From the NCBI GenBank assembly GCA_965228855.1, contig CBDDIJ010000003.1, positions 3,694,354 through 3,758,353 on the forward strand: DNA of 64,000 nucleotides, written 5' to 3'. The notes beneath the pieces were generated by a model. The model made no database searches. It was not told the DNA's origin and worked only from the letters and a program-made list of their open reading frames with translations. Shown here in pieces: positions 20,984 to 30,370 of the stretch (position 1 is its first letter; the number at the start of each line of letters is the position of its first letter). The stretch is from Candidatus Obscuribacterales bacterium (GTDB lineage: Bacteria; Cyanobacteriota; Vampirovibrionia; Obscuribacterales; Obscuribacteraceae). A program made the translations under genes and the position numbers.

Positions 20984-21676
20984 TCAGGCCCTGTGAACTC
21001 CTTGCGCGATCATATACGCCGCAATTCCGTAGGCAACGGCAACGTTCAAAGATTCCTTCATTCCGCGCATAGGCAGATGACAAACGATCTCACAGTGGTG
21101 CAAAACCTGGGGAGACAGACCGCTAACCTCATTTCCAGCAATTAAACACATCGGCCGCTTCAACTCGTTTCTATAAATCGCTTCGGAAAGCAAGACACTT
21201 TCGTCTGATTTCTCAAGACCGACTATTTGCACACCACACTTCTTGAGTTGCACAATTGCCTGCAATGGATTGACAACGTAATCCCAGGATATAACCTGTT
21301 CTGCGCCCAAACTGACCTTCTCGATTTCTTTGCGCGGTGGTGAGCCTGTGATACCACTCAGAAATACATGTTGAAATCCCGCGCCGTCGGATGAGCGAAA
21401 AATGGAACCGACGTTCCACAAACTGCGAACATCCTCTACCAAAACAGAAAGTTCCGGAACCCAGTTTTCATCGCGCTCGGGGCCGCCCTTCAGTTGCCCT
21501 CTCGCCTTTCGCTTCTCAAACTCACGCTCGATAATCGCAATAGCGTCAGGAGAGCGAAAGGTCGCATTAATGCCGCAATCAGGGCATCGACCGGGAGCGT
21601 GCCCCCGCTTATCCAGGTCATCGCCGGAAAGGTCGAACTCAATTGCACACTCTGGATTCGGGCATCGTGTCTGCAT
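20984..21676 (-). CDS. SpoU/TrmH-family RNA methyltransferase with N-terminal Zn ribbon
   Basis: NVGSIFRS, GNEVSGL and ESLNVAVA SPOUT motifs; CPNPEC...CPDC at the N-terminus. Confidence 0.9.
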   Translation of the reverse strand: MQTRCPNPECAIEFDLSGDDLDKRGHAPGRCPDCGINATFRSPDAIAIIEREFEKRKARGQLKGGPERDENWVPELSVLVEDVRSLWNVGSIFRSSDGAGFQHVFLSGITGSPPRKEIEKVSLGAEQVISWDYVVNPLQAIVQLKKCGVQIVGLEKSDESVLLSEAIYRNELKRPMCLIAGNEVSGLSPQVLHHCEIVCHLPMRGMKESLNVAVAYGIAAYMIAQGVHRA

Positions 21677-21688
21677 TGCGGTGGTCTG

Positions 21689-22828
21689 TTAAACCAGCTC
21701 TTTTGTTGATATAGCCTCGACAACTTCGCTCTCGCGATAACGCCGACCAAGGGAGTCGGCCGTTAAGATAGCGTCGAAAACCATCGGCGCAGTCACTTCA
21801 AAAGGCTCATTGTGAGCGGTTTCATCGTCAGCGACTGTCCTATCGGCGACTCGGCGGAGAGCCTCCCGGTCGAGATCATTGACGCCGATATCGGAGAGCG
21901 TGATCGGTAAACCGACATCGGAGCAGTATTCGAGAATCTGCGATATCAGCTCCAGTCCTTTACCCTCGAGAACGAGCTGAACGAGCAGTCCGAAGGCGAC
22001 TTTCTCACCGTGGTAATAATCGTGAGTAGCCGGCAGAACGGTGAGACCGTTATGCACCGAATGCGCCACCGCTAAACCGCCGGATTCGAAACCGAGTCCG
22101 GAAAGCAACGTGTTTGCTTCTACGATTCGCTCAAGAGCTGGTGTCACAGCGCGATTGTTGACAGATTCAATAGCCTCGATGCTGTCGGCGAGAAGTACCT
22201 GATAGCAATAATCAGCAAGCACTTTGGCACTACCTGTAGTGGCGCCACCCAGTTGATTTTTCTTACCGGCAGCGATAACGGTTTTTGCCTCGAACATAGT
22301 AGCCAAAGCGTCACCCATGCCGGCAACCAGCAATCGAGCCGGTGCCTGAGCGATCACGCTGGTGTCGACGAGCACCAGATCCGGGTTGCGTTTATAAAAC
22401 AGATAAGAGTCGAATTCGCCGGAGGCGTTGTAGAGAACAGAGAGCGCGCTGCAGGGAGCGTCACTGGATGCTACAGTCGGGCAGTTGACAATCGGCACGC
22501 CCAACTCGCTTGCGACAGCGCGTGCTGTATCCAACACCTTGCCGCCACCGGCGCCGATGATAAACTCGGCATTGTAGTCGGCGGCGATATCCTTGATGCG
22601 GTCGATTTCACCGCGCGAGCATTCGCCGCTGAACTCGGCAAGAGCGTATGAGATGTTTTTCTCCGTGAGCGATTCATTCCAGGTGTCTTCGAGCAGTTTG
22701 ATTGCCGACTGTCCGGAAATCAGACAGCCACGCTTGCCTAAGCCGAGCGAATCAATTTCGGCACCTAAATTTTTGGTGGCATCGCGTCCCTGCACATATC
22801 TGGAGGGCGAACAAAACACGGATAGCAT
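21689..22828 (-). CDS. gldA: Glycerol dehydrogenase
   Basis: SPSRYVQG, GGGKVLD, ASSDAPCSA, GMGDALAT, AHSVHNG and HGEKVAFG. Confidence 0.95.
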   Translation of the reverse strand: MLSVFCSPSRYVQGRDATKNLGAEIDSLGLGKRGCLISGQSAIKLLEDTWNESLTEKNISYALAEFSGECSRGEIDRIKDIAADYNAEFIIGAGGGKVLDTARAVASELGVPIVNCPTVASSDAPCSALSVLYNASGEFDSYLFYKRNPDLVLVDTSVIAQAPARLLVAGMGDALATMFEAKTVIAAGKKNQLGGATTGSAKVLADYCYQVLLADSIEAIESVNNRAVTPALERIVEANTLLSGLGFESGGLAVAHSVHNGLTVLPATHDYYHGEKVAFGLLVQLVLEGKGLELISQILEYCSDVGLPITLSDIGVNDLDREALRRVADRTVADDETAHNEPFEVTAPMVFDAILTADSLGRRYRESEVVEAISTKELV

Positions 22829-22946
22829 CGCAAGATCCTTTTCAAGTGCTTCTAAAGTCGAGCGTGTGTAATTGTACAGGAATCGGAGCGCGACGGCGCG
22901 ATCGCCCTCGGAGTATACGGAATTCGCAACCTTAGGACGTTAGATA

Positions 22947-24182
22947 CTAGGAACGGATGATGCCGCTCAGACTCTTGTCATTCTGACCGAAGTCCGGGAA
23001 AAGATTGTTGAGGCTCGAAGGACCGAAGTTTAAATGCGCCTGCGCGATTGATGAGATAACGGTACGGAAGTCGGTCGTCACCGGCACGTCGCGCCTTTCG
23101 TAGAGCTTCTCTTCAGAGAGCTCATCCAGCCGTCCATAGACCTTTCCGCCGCCGACGTTGCCACCCAGGACCCACATAACGTTACCGTGCCCGTGGTCGG
23201 TTCCGCCATTTCCGTTTTCCTTCACCGTGCGTCCGAACTCCGACATCACCACGATTACCGTGTTTTTAAAATCATCACCTAAACCGGCGGCAAGGTCGGC
23301 AAGACCATTCGACAGACCAGTCAACTGGTTCGCAAGCTGTCCTTTGCCAGCGCCCTGATTCACATGCGTATCGAAACCGCCCAGAGCCACGAACGCGACT
23401 TGAACCTTCGGATCGTCGATGAAAATCTTTCCGAGTTGCTGCCCGAAGCCTTTGAAGGATCTGGCGAGTGGGGCGCCCTTATCAGCGGCAACGGCCTCTT
23501 TGGATAGCTTTTCAGTCAACATCTCATTTGCCTTGAGCCCCTCCTCAAATGCGCGAGACAGCGCGTCATTCCGGCCGGAATACATTCTCCCGAACGCCTC
23601 GGCGACGACAGGCATATCGAGCGCCGAGCGCTTTCCAGCCGTCTGCGGCGTGTAACTTGCCACATCGACGGGTCCCTGGAGAATGCGCGGGAGTGTCGCC
23701 CCCACATTGATTCCGCGCAGAGGAGAATTTGTTTCCGGCAATTGTGTGAGGATGCGATTCAGCCACCCGGAGTTCACGACCTTGACCCCCGGCCGGCCCG
23801 ATTCCATGTAGTCCTGCGCATCGAAGTGGGAGCGCGTTGCTTCAGGCGAGCCGCAAGCGTGCACAAAAGCAAGCGACTTATCCTTCCAGTAAGGCATCAG
23901 CGGTTCTAATGCAGGAGCCATGCCGAAATAGGAATCGAGATCGAGGACGCCATCCTTCTGTCCGGGCGGCGGAATGGCGATAGTTGGTCGGTTTTGATAA
24001 TAGCGAGGGTCACCGTAGGGAACGATTACGTTTAAACCGTCCATCGCGCCGCGCAAGAAAACAACGATCAACTTCTTGCCTTCCAGAGACTTTGTGCCGC
24101 CGTAAGCCCAGCCGGGAAGCCCGATTCCCATAAGAGACATTGAGAACATCGCACCTGCTTTTAGAAAATCACGTCTGTTCAT
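22947..24182 (-). CDS. DUF1501 family protein with Tat signal
   Basis: MNRRDFLK signal; FLRGAMDGL, SHFDAQ, GGFDTH, SEFGR and GTDHG. Confidence 0.92.
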   Translation of the reverse strand: MNRRDFLKAGAMFSMSLMGIGLPGWAYGGTKSLEGKKLIVVFLRGAMDGLNVIVPYGDPRYYQNRPTIAIPPPGQKDGVLDLDSYFGMAPALEPLMPYWKDKSLAFVHACGSPEATRSHFDAQDYMESGRPGVKVVNSGWLNRILTQLPETNSPLRGINVGATLPRILQGPVDVASYTPQTAGKRSALDMPVVAEAFGRMYSGRNDALSRAFEEGLKANEMLTEKLSKEAVAADKGAPLARSFKGFGQQLGKIFIDDPKVQVAFVALGGFDTHVNQGAGKGQLANQLTGLSNGLADLAAGLGDDFKNTVIVVMSEFGRTVKENGNGGTDHGHGNVMWVLGGNVGGGKVYGRLDELSEEKLYERRDVPVTTDFRTVISSIAQAHLNFGPSSLNNLFPDFGQNDKSLSGIIRS

Positions 24183-24194
24183 AACGCCTCCAAT

Positions 24195-25922
24195 CTAGTA
24201 CTTCATGAATTCAGGTGAACCAAACAACAATGAAATCTGCAAGGACCTCGGCGAGGAAGCCACGACCTGCCCGGTTTTATCGGTAGGCTTGACACCGGCG
24301 ACTTTCATTATTTCATCGGTTGAAACAGACGAAATTCGCGCAGCCGGATTTCGATTAGCACCGAGTGCGGTGGCAAAGGTAATCCGCTGCAGCAAACCGC
24401 CGGAACTCAACCAAGCTTTCTCCGTGTTCTTGTATCCATCCGGGGTTTGGCACTGATACAGCGGCATGCCTTGCAGTTTCAAAAATCCCAAAAGCGGTTT
24501 TGTATTACTGACCGTTGCCTGTGATGCGCGCAAACTCGAAAGAAGGTAACGATAAGGAGATTTGAACTTCGCGTTGACGTTACGCGAATCCCAGAACTCA
24601 GGACTCTTAAGCAGAGTGCGCATCACTTCTTTAATATCGCCATCCGTTTTCGTAAACGTGCTCGCGAGCTTTCCAACCAGCACCGGCGATGGTTCGTCCG
24701 CCGTGAAATACTGCGCCAGTTTGAAGCTTATAAACCTGGCTGTTGAAGGGTGTTTCGAGAGTTCATCAAGAGCCTCCTCGAGTTCTTCAATACCACGTCC
24801 TTTTATGGTACGACCGAGCAAGACCTTGTCACCGAAATCGTGACGATTAGGATCGAAACTGTATCCAAACTTACTCTGCATGCCGGCCGGCTGCTGCGCG
24901 ATGCTGCGTCTCGTTATTATGCCGTGACCGGTGAGGACGCGAGCCAATTCAATAACATCCGCCTGCTTATATCCGCCATCGACGCCCAGGGTGTGCAACT
25001 CCATAAGTTCGCGAGCATAGTTTTCATTCAACCCTGCGAATTTTTTGTTCTTCTGTCCCGGTCTCAGCGGTGCTCTGTTGGGCGCTGTGTTTTGCCAATT
25101 GTCGAGGTAAAACAGCATCGCAGCATGATGAGCGGTGGCTCCCAGAAGGTCACGAAATTTCCCTAATGCATAGGGACGGATCGCGTTTTCCTCGTAAGAT
25201 CCAACCCAGAGATGGTCGAGACCTTTGTCAATCGAAACGTTGAAGTGATTGAACCAGAACTCGGTCATCACTTCCTCCAGTTGACGCGGACTGTATAGCG
25301 CGCGCATCAAGCGAGCATCGGTTGTTTGACCATAAAGCTCTTGAAAGTTATCGCGAAGCATCTGCTGAATTTCTTTTTTCACAGCGACGTCGGTCCCGCC
25401 GCCCGGTCCCTTCTTCCGAGCTGCTTTTGCCATATCTGCAAAGGCTTCGCGCCCATACGACAAATACAAATTAGCAGGTGAGTCCTTCAAAGCTGGTGAA
25501 TTCGTGTATTTCACGATGACGTCCGGCAGCGGAATCGACTGAGGCTCCAACTGTTCATCTATATACTTGTCGACGCCCATAGCCTCGACACGCTCGATAT
25601 CGGCAGTTGTCGGGCCATACGTGATTCTGTTGAGCAGGTGCAGAACCTTAAGCTCTTCAGCGGCAGGCACAATAGGACCGCTGGAGGCGTTTCCAACCTT
25701 CGCGCCTGATCCTGATGACTGGCGGGCTGCCTGTTTAGCAGCCTGACGGGCAGCACGTTTTGCAGACAAGCTGGCAGCCCGCGTTTCCCTCGCTTTTGCG
25801 GACTGTTTGGGTCCGGGCTGATCTTCGTTCGGCAGGTTTGTCGCCGCCCACGAGAGAGCTGGCGATAATACAAAACCACACATGATTAATGAAACTGCGA
25901 TTTGGGTGAAAACTTTCGGCAT
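24195..25922 (-). CDS. DUF1800 family protein
   Basis: LNRITYGP, FWFNHFNV, NENYARELMELHTLG and TPDGY. Confidence 0.92.
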   Translation of the reverse strand: MPKVFTQIAVSLIMCGFVLSPALSWAATNLPNEDQPGPKQSAKARETRAASLSAKRAARQAAKQAARQSSGSGAKVGNASSGPIVPAAEELKVLHLLNRITYGPTTADIERVEAMGVDKYIDEQLEPQSIPLPDVIVKYTNSPALKDSPANLYLSYGREAFADMAKAARKKGPGGGTDVAVKKEIQQMLRDNFQELYGQTTDARLMRALYSPRQLEEVMTEFWFNHFNVSIDKGLDHLWVGSYEENAIRPYALGKFRDLLGATAHHAAMLFYLDNWQNTAPNRAPLRPGQKNKKFAGLNENYARELMELHTLGVDGGYKQADVIELARVLTGHGIITRRSIAQQPAGMQSKFGYSFDPNRHDFGDKVLLGRTIKGRGIEELEEALDELSKHPSTARFISFKLAQYFTADEPSPVLVGKLASTFTKTDGDIKEVMRTLLKSPEFWDSRNVNAKFKSPYRYLLSSLRASQATVSNTKPLLGFLKLQGMPLYQCQTPDGYKNTEKAWLSSGGLLQRITFATALGANRNPAARISSVSTDEIMKVAGVKPTDKTGQVVASSPRSLQISLLFGSPEFMKY

Positions 25923-26148
25923 ATGGCACTTCCGAGAAAAGACCCTCTATGGTTAAGTACGTCGAATTGACTCAAAAAGTTCAAAATACAAAATTAAATC
26001 TTTCGACACCGCCATTATTGGTGCTTGAATATAGTTTTGCCACACTGAGCGCTGAGCTGTTACTGAAACGGAGGCGCAAGGTCGGCGGAAATACCAGAAA
26101 CTGAATGATGGTGCCCGAAGGCAATCCATAAAATCAAGGAGATCCGGC

Positions 26149-26862
26149 ATGACAACAATTCAATTAACCGCGCCAGTTAAGCGCATGCCGCTCGAAGAAG
26201 TACGAAGACTGCTGGCAGACCTGGATACGACGAGCATCTGCGATGTCAAAAAGGACTTGCGCGTGATGGCACCGCAAATCAAGGCGGTCAAACCAGGTTC
26301 CAGAATAGTCGGTCGGGCGCGCACGGTAAGCGTCGACAATGATTTCCTCACAGTCATCAAAGCACTCCACGAAGCGGAAGCTGGAGACGTGCTGGTTATA
26401 GACGGAAACGGCGGAATGAAGGCACTGCTGGGTGAACTCTTCACCGCAGAGGCTAAGCGCAAGGATCTCGCAGGCATTGTGGTCGATGGTGCGTGTCGGG
26501 ATGTCGGAAGCATTCAAAAATTAGACTTTCCGGTATTTTCTAAGTGGGTTTCACCGATGGCGGGCAGCTGCCGTCAATTGTTCGAAACACAAACCAGTAT
26601 CGTATGTGGTGGCGTCCAGGTGGAACCGGGCGACATAATATTTGCAGACATCGACGGCATCATTGTGTTAACCGACGAGGAGCTGAATGCAGTCGCGGAA
26701 GCAGCGCGAGCAGTTCAAAAAATCGAAGACGCCGTGCTAGAAGCCATCAAACAGGGAACGCCGCTTCTCGACTTGACGAACGCCGCTGAACATCTTGAAG
26801 CAATCGGCATCGGCAAGGACAGCAAACTCTGTTTCAACACAAAAACTGTTGATATAAGCTAG
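26149..26862 (+). CDS. RraA/HMG aldolase family protein
   Basis: GDVLVID, GIVVDGACRD and PGDIIFADIDG. Confidence 0.9.
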   Translation: MTTIQLTAPVKRMPLEEVRRLLADLDTTSICDVKKDLRVMAPQIKAVKPGSRIVGRARTVSVDNDFLTVIKALHEAEAGDVLVIDGNGGMKALLGELFTAEAKRKDLAGIVVDGACRDVGSIQKLDFPVFSKWVSPMAGSCRQLFETQTSIVCGGVQVEPGDIIFADIDGIIVLTDEELNAVAEAARAVQKIEDAVLEAIKQGTPLLDLTNAAEHLEAIGIGKDSKLCFNTKTVDIS

Positions 26863-26872
26863 AAGGAAGCAG

Positions 26873-27232
26873 TTACGACTGCCCCTGACTTTCTTTCATC
26901 TCAGTTATGCCAAGCTGAGCAAGCTCAGCCAGTTTCGTGCAGCCCTCTTTCAATTCTTTAGCAACAGCTTGAACCTTGACGGCATCGAAGGAGTTCTTAA
27001 TCAGCTGAGCGCCGCTCATGACTTGTTCAAGCCCGGTAGCCATTTGATTGAAGTCAGTTGAGTCGAGCGAGTCTTTTAGAGCCACTCCGGCGCGATTAAC
27101 GATGGCAACAATCTGGTCGACGTCTTTTTGTCCATCCTTGTCGAGATCCAGCTGCTTGAGCGACTCGAAGCGCTCCTTCAAATAATCGGTGAATGAATCT
27201 ACCGCGACTTCGGTCAATTTTCTTCGAAACAT
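26873..27232 (-). CDS. Hypothetical helical protein with an EF-hand-like DxDxDG loop
   Basis: DLDKDGQKD motif; GGAG Shine-Dalgarno-like site upstream. Confidence 0.7.
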   Translation of the reverse strand: MFRRKLTEVAVDSFTDYLKERFESLKQLDLDKDGQKDVDQIVAIVNRAGVALKDSLDSTDFNQMATGLEQVMSGAQLIKNSFDAVKVQAVAKELKEGCTKLAELAQLGITEMKESQGQS

Positions 27233-27277
27233 ACAATGCCCTCCGGGATCAGTCCGAGCATTGTACTGCGTAGCACA

Positions 27278-27877
27278 TCAACTGGACGCCCACGGATTAG
27301 ATGTCAGTTCCTCCACGTCGACATTCCAGCGAAACGAACTGAAGATGCGCTCGCACTCGGCTGCGTAAATATCGAAGATTTCAGCCGGAGCGAGGAACCA
27401 GACTTCCTGTACATAGTTATCACTGTCAAAGGTCGTGTCCAGAATCAACCCCCTGCTCTTGAGGCGTTCCTGAACCCATGTTCCCTGAATTTGCAGTACA
27501 TTATGCGGTGGAAAGTAAGTGGTACGAGCCCAATCTCGCTTGAACTTCGCAGGCCAGGACACTTGCTCCAGCAAAAGCGATATGTTCAACAACGCCTGCT
27601 CACCGACCTCATGAGCCGGTCTGCGCAGAAGGGAGAGAAACTCGTTCTGCTGCGGCTCGACAAAATGATAAGTCTTCTTGGGTGGCTCACGAAGCGTGAT
27701 TCCAATGCGCTGATCGCGATCAGAGAGATAGAACTTCGACGCCAGCAAATATGACGGGCGCGAGGGGATTTTTCCACGATGCCAGCCATCAGGCAAATCC
27801 ATCTCTGCGACAACCTGACCGAGGTTGTTGTGGATTTGCAAAATCGTTCCATAGTCCTGTAGCAAAGGGCACTCCAA
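27278..27877 (-). CDS. Hypothetical protein
   Basis: 199-aa ORF with an upstream SD-like site; LPDGW...IFSSFRW resembles PsbP-like folds. Confidence 0.6.
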   Translation of the reverse strand: MECPLLQDYGTILQIHNNLGQVVAEMDLPDGWHRGKIPSRPSYLLASKFYLSDRDQRIGITLREPPKKTYHFVEPQQNEFLSLLRRPAHEVGEQALLNISLLLEQVSWPAKFKRDWARTTYFPPHNVLQIQGTWVQERLKSRGLILDTTFDSDNYVQEVWFLAPAEIFDIYAAECERIFSSFRWNVDVEELTSNPWASS

Positions 27878-28061
27878 TCCGGCCAGCGCTTAATTCAAAC
27901 CGCAATCGCTTATCGATTCGGTTTCGACCGAGCCATTCTGAAACGTCTCGTCCTTCAGTCTACAAGTATGTCAAAAAATCGACGACTTTAATTCTCTTCG
28001 AGTTCTCAAGCAGTGAAAATCTATTTGTTGAAACCCACTTGCCGCACTTCCGAGATTCTGA

Positions 28062-28547
28062 ATGAAACAGCTTTATCTGCTCCGCCACGCGAAATCAAGT
28101 TGGGACGATATCGAACTCGATGACTTCGACAGACCGCTCAACGGTCGGGGCAAAAAAGCGGCGCCTCTGATGGGCAAAGTCATACGCGAGAAGAAGTTGA
28201 AACCAGAACTGATTGTTTGCTCGCCCTCGAAACGCACGAAGCAAACACTGAAACTCGTGCTGGAAGTTTCCGATCTGAAAAGTACAGTTGAGTTCGACAA
28301 CCGTGTCTACGAAGCATCGGCGGAAGAATTGCTGACGGTTTTGCAAGAACAAAAGAAAGTCGATTCCATCCTGTTGATTGGTCACAATCCCGGTATGGAG
28401 AGCCTTCTCACCAAACTCACGGGTGAACATGAACACTTTCCGACTGCCGCCCTTGCAGCCATCGATTTAAACATCGAGAAATGGAATGCCATCGCGGGCG
28501 GTGCCGGCGAAATGCGCTGGGTTATCCGGCCAAGGGATCTCGAGTGA
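28062..28547 (+). CDS. sixA: Histidine phosphatase, SixA family
   Basis: LLRHAKS, RPLNGRG, CSPSKRTKQT and IGHNP. Confidence 0.92.
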   Translation: MKQLYLLRHAKSSWDDIELDDFDRPLNGRGKKAAPLMGKVIREKKLKPELIVCSPSKRTKQTLKLVLEVSDLKSTVEFDNRVYEASAEELLTVLQEQKKVDSILLIGHNPGMESLLTKLTGEHEHFPTAALAAIDLNIEKWNAIAGGAGEMRWVIRPRDLE

Positions 28548-28626
28548 CGAATTAATGGCGAACACGTTCACTAAGCTTCCAGTCAGTAGTGCGCCGCAAG
28601 AGGTCCTTGGAGTCAAAGGTTAAATC

Positions 28627-29154
28627 TTAGGTCTCGCCGCCCTTGGTCTGTTTGTTAAACAGAAATCGACTCAGCAAATGATCTAGAGAAATTTTGCCTG
28701 GACCAAAACAAAACGCGAGCACACCCATTAATAGATAGAAGAAGGGATCGGCCTGAAAAAACGGATCCTGGTCTTTGAAGAAGCCGAGCACCTTAGCCCG
28801 ATCGTCTTCAACAGACATATACGCGACGCACATTGTGAATGAAACCAATACACCAACCGGTCTCGTCGCTAAGCCGATAACAAGAAGAGCACTGCCAAAG
28901 CATTCGACACCAGCAGCGATCCAGGCATTGAGATCGGGAAGCGGAATGTTCAGTGAAGTGAAAAACTCAACGATGTCGGAGTGATGGTGCAACTTTCCCC
29001 ACCCGTTTTTCATAAGTTGCAAACCAAAATTGACGCGGAAAAATAGTAAGAGCAAATTCGAGAAGGCGTCACCAATCTTGACGAACAACTCGTAGCCTTT
29101 TCGCAACAGTTTAAAAACCGGATTGTCCAACATAAGTGCGCAAACTCCTGGCAT
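28627..29154 (-). CDS. DoxX family membrane protein
   Basis: GWGKL, ECFGSALLVIGLATR and GPGKISLD. Confidence 0.9.
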   Translation of the reverse strand: MPGVCALMLDNPVFKLLRKGYELFVKIGDAFSNLLLLFFRVNFGLQLMKNGWGKLHHHSDIVEFFTSLNIPLPDLNAWIAAGVECFGSALLVIGLATRPVGVLVSFTMCVAYMSVEDDRAKVLGFFKDQDPFFQADPFFYLLMGVLAFCFGPGKISLDHLLSRFLFNKQTKGGET

Positions 29155-29300
29155 ATAGCAGATGCAATTTTAGCGTAGAGATAAACGCGCAGATGTTTTC
29201 CGTACAGAATTAGTGTTTGCTCAGCCCTTTGAAAGCCCAACTCTGCTTAAATTGCACAGTTGCATCTAGTGTTTTCCCGATAGTGTTATCAGGCGCAGGT

Positions 29301-30209
29301 ATGTCTCCGGAGACATCTCTCAACATCTGTATTTTAGTGTCGCTCCTCTGCTGGGGAGCCTGGGGCATCTTTGACAAGATGGCGTTGAAGCACGCACCAT
29401 CCACCTTTGTAATGCTCGGACTGTTTTCCTTTTCAGTTCCATGCGCGGCAATAACAACATTTCTCTTGAACACGCAGCAGCCTGGTTGGTCGCTCAGTCT
29501 CGAAGTTTTCGGCTGGACGTTCCTGGGTTTCTTCTGTTACGGCGCTGCGATGATCTGTTATCTAAAAGCTCTCAGTATCAGCGAAGCCAGCTATGTGCTT
29601 GGAGCTACCGCAAGCTATCCCGTCTTACTGCAATTTCTCTCTGTTCTGTTCTTGAACGAACCGCTTGTGCCGGCTCGGCTGGGGGGCAGTTTACTGGTCG
29701 CGCTGGGCGTAGCAGCCATCGGAGCATCGAAGTCTGAATCGAAGGAACCAGCGGTAGCTCTTTCACCCGGCAAGAAGAAACTGCTGATCTTTTTTGTGGT
29801 CGCCGCCACTGTACTATGGGGAGTGTGGGGAATCTTCGATAAGAAAGCAGTGAACGCCGGTGGTGCCCTGACGGCTTATTTGGCGCACTGCATCTGGGAA
29901 ATCTCGTTTATTCCGCCGTTGTGCGTTTATGTTTTACGCAAATACAAAAGTTATTTTAACAGCGGCTGGAAGCTCTGGGCACCAGTCACCGGCTCCGCAT
30001 TGTGTATAAACATCGGCGCATTCAGTTACATGATGGCGTTATCGCTTGCGACGGCGTCGTATGTAATAGTGATAACAGGCTGTTATCCGATGATAATGTA
30101 TTTGCTGGCAATTTTGATTCTAAAAGAGCGCTTCAATCCAATTAGGCTGTTCGGCATTATTTTAGTCACCGCCGGCGGTATTATTACGCACGGCACGGAA
30201 GGTTTGTAG
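29301..30209 (+). CDS. DMT/EamA family transporter
   Basis: Two repeats of WGxWGIFDK and about 10 TM helices; start set to ATG 29301. Confidence 0.88.
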   Translation: MSPETSLNICILVSLLCWGAWGIFDKMALKHAPSTFVMLGLFSFSVPCAAITTFLLNTQQPGWSLSLEVFGWTFLGFFCYGAAMICYLKALSISEASYVLGATASYPVLLQFLSVLFLNEPLVPARLGGSLLVALGVAAIGASKSESKEPAVALSPGKKKLLIFFVVAATVLWGVWGIFDKKAVNAGGALTAYLAHCIWEISFIPPLCVYVLRKYKSYFNSGWKLWAPVTGSALCINIGAFSYMMALSLATASYVIVITGCYPMIMYLLAILILKERFNPIRLFGIILVTAGGIITHGTEGL

Positions 30210-30370
30210 TCCGCCGCCGTTTTATATTGACTCACCAACCAGTTTAATCAACAGGGAACTAGAACTACCATGGCTCGCAAATACACCGCGTCTTACCAGT
30301 TTAAAAGCTCTGAGGTTTCGGGAAGAATACTTGAGCAGAATCGCCTCTTCGTCCCCTGGTAGCACCTTGA

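Noticed and set aside
26068..26125. GGAGGCGCA...GCCCGAAG resembling the start of a lysine riboswitch
   Set aside because: Too short and lacks the remaining conserved stems
27236..27754. 172-aa plus-strand ORF
   Set aside because: Overlaps the minus-strand ORF 27278-27877, which fits the local gene orientation and looks more protein-like; not fully excluded
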